A DNA stretch of 64,000 bases from the IMG/VR virus record IMGVR_UViG_3300022555_000047; one strand, written 5' to 3'. The position numbers and the translations under genes were made by a program. Below are positions 59,335 through 64,000 of this stretch, piece after piece (position 1 is the stretch's first letter; each line of letters starts with the position of its first letter). Under the pieces are notes generated by a model. The model saw only the letters and a program-made list of their open reading frames with translations. It was not told the origin of the DNA and made no database searches. The DNA comes from an uncultured virus (IMG/VR IMGVR_UViG_3300022555_000047) (lineage: Duplodnaviria > Heunggongvirae > Uroviricota > Caudoviricetes).

Positions 59335-60294
59335 TCATAATTTATTCTCTTCGATATCCTCTTCGTATTCCTCGATTCTCTCTCCAAGATCGTGGCGGTA
59401 TTTTATTCCTGCAATAAAAATATTATCCTTAATATATTTTAGCAATTTCTCACGTACCTTGGCAATAGACTTATCCACCGCCGTCACGACGAGGAGGTAT
59501 CCGTTCTTCGTGGCTACCTTGTAGTCTCCGTCTTTTGTCCTTTCAAAGTTCTCTAGATGGATGTGTTTAAGCTGTTCCTTGTCAAAATCGGCTACAGAAT
59601 GCTCATTTTGCCCCATTATCCATAGTTTTTCGCCTCTACTGGTATCTTTGTCATCTAGTTCGGAATCTACTGGAAATGGCTTACTAGCGATTACTTGGCA
59701 GAGACCCCATCCTTTCACGATCTGAATTGGGTTATCTTCTCCCATGGCCATGGATGCGAGCATTTCTCCTGTGTTTGATTTTAAGCCCTCCATGAATTCA
59801 TACGAGGTGGCAGGAATTCCAAATCGAGATGTTGCCTCGAATGCCACGTATCCTTTTTCTGTCAGACTTCCGTTGATATCAAAGACTCCCCGATATGATG
59901 TTTCACGAAGAACGTCCTCGATTTCCTTTGGAAGCATTACTTGTTTCACAAGCCCGTGGTCTTCGTCTGTTCCAAAAAATAAAGTCCCCATTTCCCCAGT
60001 TGTTTCCCCAAGGTCTCCATCGGTTTCCTTTTTGTGTTCAAAGTTTATAAAAAATTGTGCTTTTCCATTTTTATCTCGAAGCCAGTCATGGCCGTTGTAA
60101 AAACCAGAGATGGCTACCTCCATGCCCTCGACTACTTCCATGAGTTGGAATTTTTTCTCTCCGTATTCAGAAATATTCCAACTTTTTTTAAGTTCCTCAA
60201 GGTGGTGTATTAAATCAATATTGTCGTCAAAATGTGCCTTATAATTGATGTGTTTAGGGGCGTCTGATTCTTGTTTTAAAATATATTTTGACAT
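59335..60294 (-). CDS. PurD-like ATP-grasp ligase, C-terminal half
   Basis: EVVEGMEVA, NFEHKK, GETTGEMGT, EATSRFGIP, YRHDLG. Confidence 0.75.
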   Translation of the reverse strand: MSKYILKQESDAPKHINYKAHFDDNIDLIHHLEELKKSWNISEYGEKKFQLMEVVEGMEVAISGFYNGHDWLRDKNGKAQFFINFEHKKETDGDLGETTGEMGTLFFGTDEDHGLVKQVMLPKEIEDVLRETSYRGVFDINGSLTEKGYVAFEATSRFGIPATSYEFMEGLKSNTGEMLASMAMGEDNPIQIVKGWGLCQVIASKPFPVDSELDDKDTSRGEKLWIMGQNEHSVADFDKEQLKHIHLENFERTKDGDYKVATKNGYLLVVTAVDKSIAKVREKLLKYIKDNIFIAGIKYRHDLGERIEEYEEDIEENKL

Positions 60295-60297
60295 AGA

Positions 60298-60738
60298 TTA
60301 TCTCCTACTTGGAGTCATTATGGCCTTTTCGATAGGCCATTTATATTTATTAATTCTTTGACAAAGGATATTATTTGGCAATCCGAGTGTTTTTTCCCAC
60401 TGAGCTAAGGTAAGTTTTTTATTTTTATATTCTATAAAAACATTAGAACGTCTATTGTTTGATTGAACCCTCATCGTAGTCCACCTACAATTTTTTTGAC
60501 AATAATTTCCATCGTTGTCGATTCTGTCAATTGTGGTGTTTTCTTTCCCGTATTTTTTAACGTGGTCAAGGAAACTACCGAGCATGTCATTTTTAAATTC
60601 TTCAAAATTTCTCCATAAGCATTTTATTCCTCTGCCACCATAGTCGGTATAGGCAGGGTTGTTTTTGTTGTGAGTTCTTTGGTATATCCTACCGTAAGTG
60701 TTATAGAATTTTGTTTTTGACATGTTATGTGTTTGCAT
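60298..60738 (-). CDS. HNH homing endonuclease inserted in the PurD-like gene
   Basis: YGGRGIK, TIDRIDNDGNY...NCRW...QSNNRR. Confidence 0.9.
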   Translation of the reverse strand: MQTHNMSKTKFYNTYGRIYQRTHNKNNPAYTDYGGRGIKCLWRNFEEFKNDMLGSFLDHVKKYGKENTTIDRIDNDGNYCQKNCRWTTMRVQSNNRRSNVFIEYKNKKLTLAQWEKTLGLPNNILCQRINKYKWPIEKAIMTPSRR

Positions 60739-60756
60739 AAATATATTATACCATTT

Positions 60757-61539
60757 TTACGAATTTTCTCTAATAAATTTTATTGCCTCGTCAAAAGCAT
60801 TCTCGCCCTCGAATGATATACTTTTTGGTTGGTGAAACCCGGCTTTTTTAAACCATTCTTGACCTTTTTTTCTGTCGTCTTCCAATTCTGCAAGCACTTT
60901 GTTTGTCCCGACTACATACTCCCCTTGCTCTCGAAGCCATTCTTGGAGGTCAGCGGTTTCACATCCGTCCACTACCCACACGTAGTTTTTACCAAGGCAT
61001 CGATGCCAGTCTTTTTCTTTGGTCACAATGCCGTCGCCTATTTTTTCGTAGCTTGAGTTCGGAACACAGAATTTCGTCTCATAGCCCTCTACTTTTTCCA
61101 ATTGGATGGCTACGTCCAAGAGCTCTCCGAACGTGCTTATAATCACAAATTTTAGCTCTTTTTCGTTGTCCTCCGTGGTTTCATGTGAAACGTGTACCAC
61201 TTCGGTATATGGATTTTTTTCTTGGATGATTTTAGTTTGTTTTTTAGTGTCTTCGTAGAATTTCTCGAGCCCGAGTTCGGCTACCATATCGGCTTTCCAG
61301 TTTCCCACGATCTCGTCTTTATTGCTGTCTGTTATTTTGTCATGGTCTGGGAAGAAGTATATTTTGTTTCCGTTCGGGAGGAGTTTTTGCATTTCCTCTT
61401 TGTGTTCTTTTTTTCTGCCAGTGAGAATAATTGTGCCTTTTGAGGGAACGAGTCCCGAAGTAACGACTCCATCGAAGTCGCTCCCAATTATAGGTTTATG
61501 TTCGTTGTTTGCTTTTGAAAAAAGTTGTTTGAGTTCCAT
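60757..61539 (-). CDS. HAD-like domain fused to the PurD-like ligase N-terminal half
   Basis: SDFDGV (DxDG); IGDGIV, LEDDRKKGQ, FDEAIKFI. Confidence 0.65.
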   Translation of the reverse strand: MELKQLFSKANNEHKPIIGSDFDGVVTSGLVPSKGTIILTGRKKEHKEEMQKLLPNGNKIYFFPDHDKITDSNKDEIVGNWKADMVAELGLEKFYEDTKKQTKIIQEKNPYTEVVHVSHETTEDNEKELKFVIISTFGELLDVAIQLEKVEGYETKFCVPNSSYEKIGDGIVTKEKDWHRCLGKNYVWVVDGCETADLQEWLREQGEYVVGTNKVLAELEDDRKKGQEWFKKAGFHQPKSISFEGENAFDEAIKFIRENS

Positions 61540-61646
61540 TTGTTTTGTTTTTATGTTATAATGTTGATATGTTAGGAATAATAATTATTTTGGTAGCTAT
61601 ATATTTTGGTTGTCTTTGGATAGTTCCGATTTTATTTCTTTGTCTT

Positions 61647-63650
61647 TTATTCTTTAGATGATTCGGTATTAGTTCTATTAAATGCATTACTGATAATCGC
61701 CATTTTATCTTGTGGTAATTTCATTGTTTGTAATATTTTATTATTAGAAGGAGTTAATCCCTCAGTTAATAATTTTCTTCCAAATTCAGAAGTAAATAAT
61801 TTAGTGAGCATTAATTCTCCACCAGTTTCTGCTAGTATAGCGGTTGCTATCCCCCAATTTCCAGTAAGCAATGCAGTTCCTATTGCTCCCACTCTTGTAC
61901 CTGTTCCTTTTATACTTTGCAAGAATGCTGTCTGAGAACCCTCAGCATATTTTTCACCCGATTTTAATGCTCCTCTCATTTCTTTGTATTTTTCAAATTG
62001 AGTTATAGCTTGGTTTAATTCATTTTGTTGTGGCTTAGTTAAAATTTCATCAAGTGTTGCCTGATCATATTCTGCCAGATTTTTCTTAAATTTATCAATA
62101 TCAAATTCCCCACGAGTGACTGATTTTTCGAATGTTTGTCTTGTAAAAACTTTTGACAATTCTCCGAATCTTTCTTCGCCAATCATTTCTTTTACTTGTT
62201 TTAAAGTATCAGCACTATTTCTTTTTATTATATTCTGTGCAATTCTTTCTGGATTGCTTGTCTGAATGGATTGAGCAATATTTGACTCAATTTTTGTTTT
62301 CCCTGCCATATAAGCATCATTTACTTTCTTAAGTTCTGCGCTTAACTCTGGGTCTACTTTATTTACTGTTGCATTCATATCTTCGGTCAACGCTCCATAT
62401 AATCTCTTCAGTGGGCCACTTTGTGGATTCTTTGCTAACTCTTCTCCTACCATAGTTCTTGTTTCTTTTAAATTGTCAAATTTCAAAATATCCTTATTTC
62501 CATTGACTTTTTCGAGCATATTCATTATTTTTGAGTCTACTCCTTTGTATAGACTTTTACTTTGCTGATTCACTATTTCTCTTGCAATTTGTTGAGTTTT
62601 ATCTACTATTGCCGGAGGGTTTCCCATTTTATTTTCTGGGCTTGAAAGTTGTTTTGTAAATTCATCATATATTTTGTTTGACGTTTGCTTAAAGTTTGCT
62701 TCGTAATTAGAAAGTCCCTCTTGAATTGTTTTTCCAAGATTTTCATCGCTGATTACTTTTTCGGGTTTTAATTTATCGACAAGTTCACTCACTCTTGTTT
62801 TTATTGTTTCAGTTGCATTTTTGACTACATCAATAACTTTTTTGCCAGCAATCGATTTTGATACAAGTGATTCTGCACCTTTTAAGAAAGGAGACTTTGT
62901 TACTGCTGATATAGGTGCTTCAATTCCCTCAGATGCAAATTTCTTAGCTGTTGGTGCATCAAAAGATGATTTAAATGGAGCTTTTATTTTACTTGATATA
63001 TTTTTAGTTACATCTGTTACCGGAGAAGCAGTTTTTGAAAGGATAGAACTTAGTTCTTTTCCTTTTCCGACTAGCCCAGCTCCTCCCTCAAGTATAGTCA
63101 ACACATCAGCTCCGAATCCCATTGGATCTTCTGTTGCTGTTTTTTTAGCATTATCTAATGAACCATATCTATCTTTAAAGCTTTGCACTATAGCATTAAA
63201 TGATTGCTCTTCTTGGTCAGGAGCAGGTATTTTGTCTTTCATTGGTGTTTGCTCTAGGATTTTTCTTCCGAGTGCTTCTCCTCCTCCTCTTATAGCTCCA
63301 AAAATTCCGGCTACAGTTTTTCTTGGTTTTGCTACAGCTGTCACTAGTCCTTTTCCTAATTCATATGTTGAGGTTGGAATATTACCAAGTGCTTTGGCCC
63401 CTGCTTGAATCGGGTTATCAGTTGGTTTTGCTCTAAATATAGCGTTATATGGATTTGTATACGTTTTCGGTTGATTATATTTTGCATCATATTCTGCACG
63501 AGTCATCCTCACTGGTTGGGCTGAAGAAACAGTAGGAACATTTGGAGCTTGCCCATATTTGGCTTGGTATTCAGCTCTAGTCATTCGTATTGGAGCCGTT
63601 CCTGCTGGAGCCGGAGTATTTGGTTTTGATGGTGATAAAATTTTATCCAT
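61647..63650 (-). CDS. putative ejection / internal virion protein, phage B
   Basis: 667 aa helical; P[IV]RMTRAEY.AKY repeat shared with 762-2300. Confidence 0.55.
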   Translation of the reverse strand: MDKILSPSKPNTPAPAGTAPIRMTRAEYQAKYGQAPNVPTVSSAQPVRMTRAEYDAKYNQPKTYTNPYNAIFRAKPTDNPIQAGAKALGNIPTSTYELGKGLVTAVAKPRKTVAGIFGAIRGGGEALGRKILEQTPMKDKIPAPDQEEQSFNAIVQSFKDRYGSLDNAKKTATEDPMGFGADVLTILEGGAGLVGKGKELSSILSKTASPVTDVTKNISSKIKAPFKSSFDAPTAKKFASEGIEAPISAVTKSPFLKGAESLVSKSIAGKKVIDVVKNATETIKTRVSELVDKLKPEKVISDENLGKTIQEGLSNYEANFKQTSNKIYDEFTKQLSSPENKMGNPPAIVDKTQQIAREIVNQQSKSLYKGVDSKIMNMLEKVNGNKDILKFDNLKETRTMVGEELAKNPQSGPLKRLYGALTEDMNATVNKVDPELSAELKKVNDAYMAGKTKIESNIAQSIQTSNPERIAQNIIKRNSADTLKQVKEMIGEERFGELSKVFTRQTFEKSVTRGEFDIDKFKKNLAEYDQATLDEILTKPQQNELNQAITQFEKYKEMRGALKSGEKYAEGSQTAFLQSIKGTGTRVGAIGTALLTGNWGIATAILAETGGELMLTKLFTSEFGRKLLTEGLTPSNNKILQTMKLPQDKMAIISNAFNRTNTESSKE

Positions 63651-63654
63651 AAAT

Positions 63655-64000
63655 TTAATCGGTTATGATTATTTGCGTTCCATCAGGTGCCGTTATTACT
63701 TGGCCTCCGTTGTCTCCCACATCGGTTTTTTTGTCGCTAGTCTTTCGTGCTGGATTATTTGGATTCTGTTGTAACGGATCTACTTGTTGATATAAAGTTT
63801 CTTGTTGACTTGTCAGAGCTTTCTTAATATTCACTGCTTCTTGAACTAATCTCGAAACAACCGCTTTTTGCGCTTCTACTGAAGTTCCGAATGGGAGTAA
63901 TTCCTCTGCCAACATTTTGTCTGCGGCCAGTGTTCCTTGAGCATTTCTCGTTGAAATCAAATTTGCAAATTCTTGAGTGATCGTTCCATTTGATACTAGA
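63655..64000 (-). CDS. C-terminus of a putative ejection protein (starts beyond the window)
   Basis: Ends APDGTQIIITD, like APDGRQIIITD of 2302-4644. Confidence 0.55.
   Translation of the reverse strand, partial: LVSNGTITQEFANLISTRNAQGTLAADKMLAEELLPFGTSVEAQKAVVSRLVQEAVNIKKALTSQQETLYQQVDPLQQNPNNPARKTSDKKTDVGDNGGQVITAPDGTQIIITD

Noticed and set aside
248..63774. Plus-strand ORFs in the track (e.g. 26946-27590, 56617-57249, 62821-63408) and alternate-frame repeat ORFs
   Set aside because: They are shadows of convincing minus-strand genes or of tandem repeats, with no recognisable motifs.
1..64000. Alternative genetic code
   Set aside because: Standard code gives dense full-length genes, and TAA, TAG and TGA all end genes.
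1..64000. Integrated prophage with integrase, att sites or host flanks
   Set aside because: No integrase, repressor switch or run of host genes is visible; metK and khpA sit within phage operons.

Overview
The window holds two different tailed-phage genomes (podovirus-like gene sets) in tandem, with essentially all genes on the minus strand. Phage A (about 1-38,234) appears complete: bases 1-67 recur exactly at 38,235-38,301, and circularising there restores one in-frame 528-aa collagen/tail-fibre gene. It carries TerS/TerL, portal, scaffold, N4-gp56-like capsid, a sugar-nucleotide/glycosyltransferase cluster inside the virion module, tail and ejection proteins, lysis genes, a replication initiator, a Cas4-like nuclease, Nin-like genes, a DNA methyltransferase, two tandem-repeat proteins and a structured ~250-nt RNA. 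Phage B (38,302 to beyond 64,000) has its own TerS/PBSX-type TerL, portal, scaffold, capsid, MetK, Rad52-like annealase, KhpA, lysis and ejection genes. A Patescibacteria/CPR-type host is an inference from KhpA and the scarcity of Shine-Dalgarno sites. Top observations: (1) two phage B enzymes are split by intron-less homing endonuclease cassettes, and the two methyltransferase halves carry complementary CxxC motifs at the break (possible zinc clasp); (2) four endonuclease genes share a TGnTAwAAT-N6-ATG leaderless promoter; (3) a tRNA-like RNA with expanded arms; (4) two recurrent cis motifs shared by both phages; (5) sub-gene mosaic blocks shared between the phages. All family assignments come from motif recognition by eye; no database search was run.
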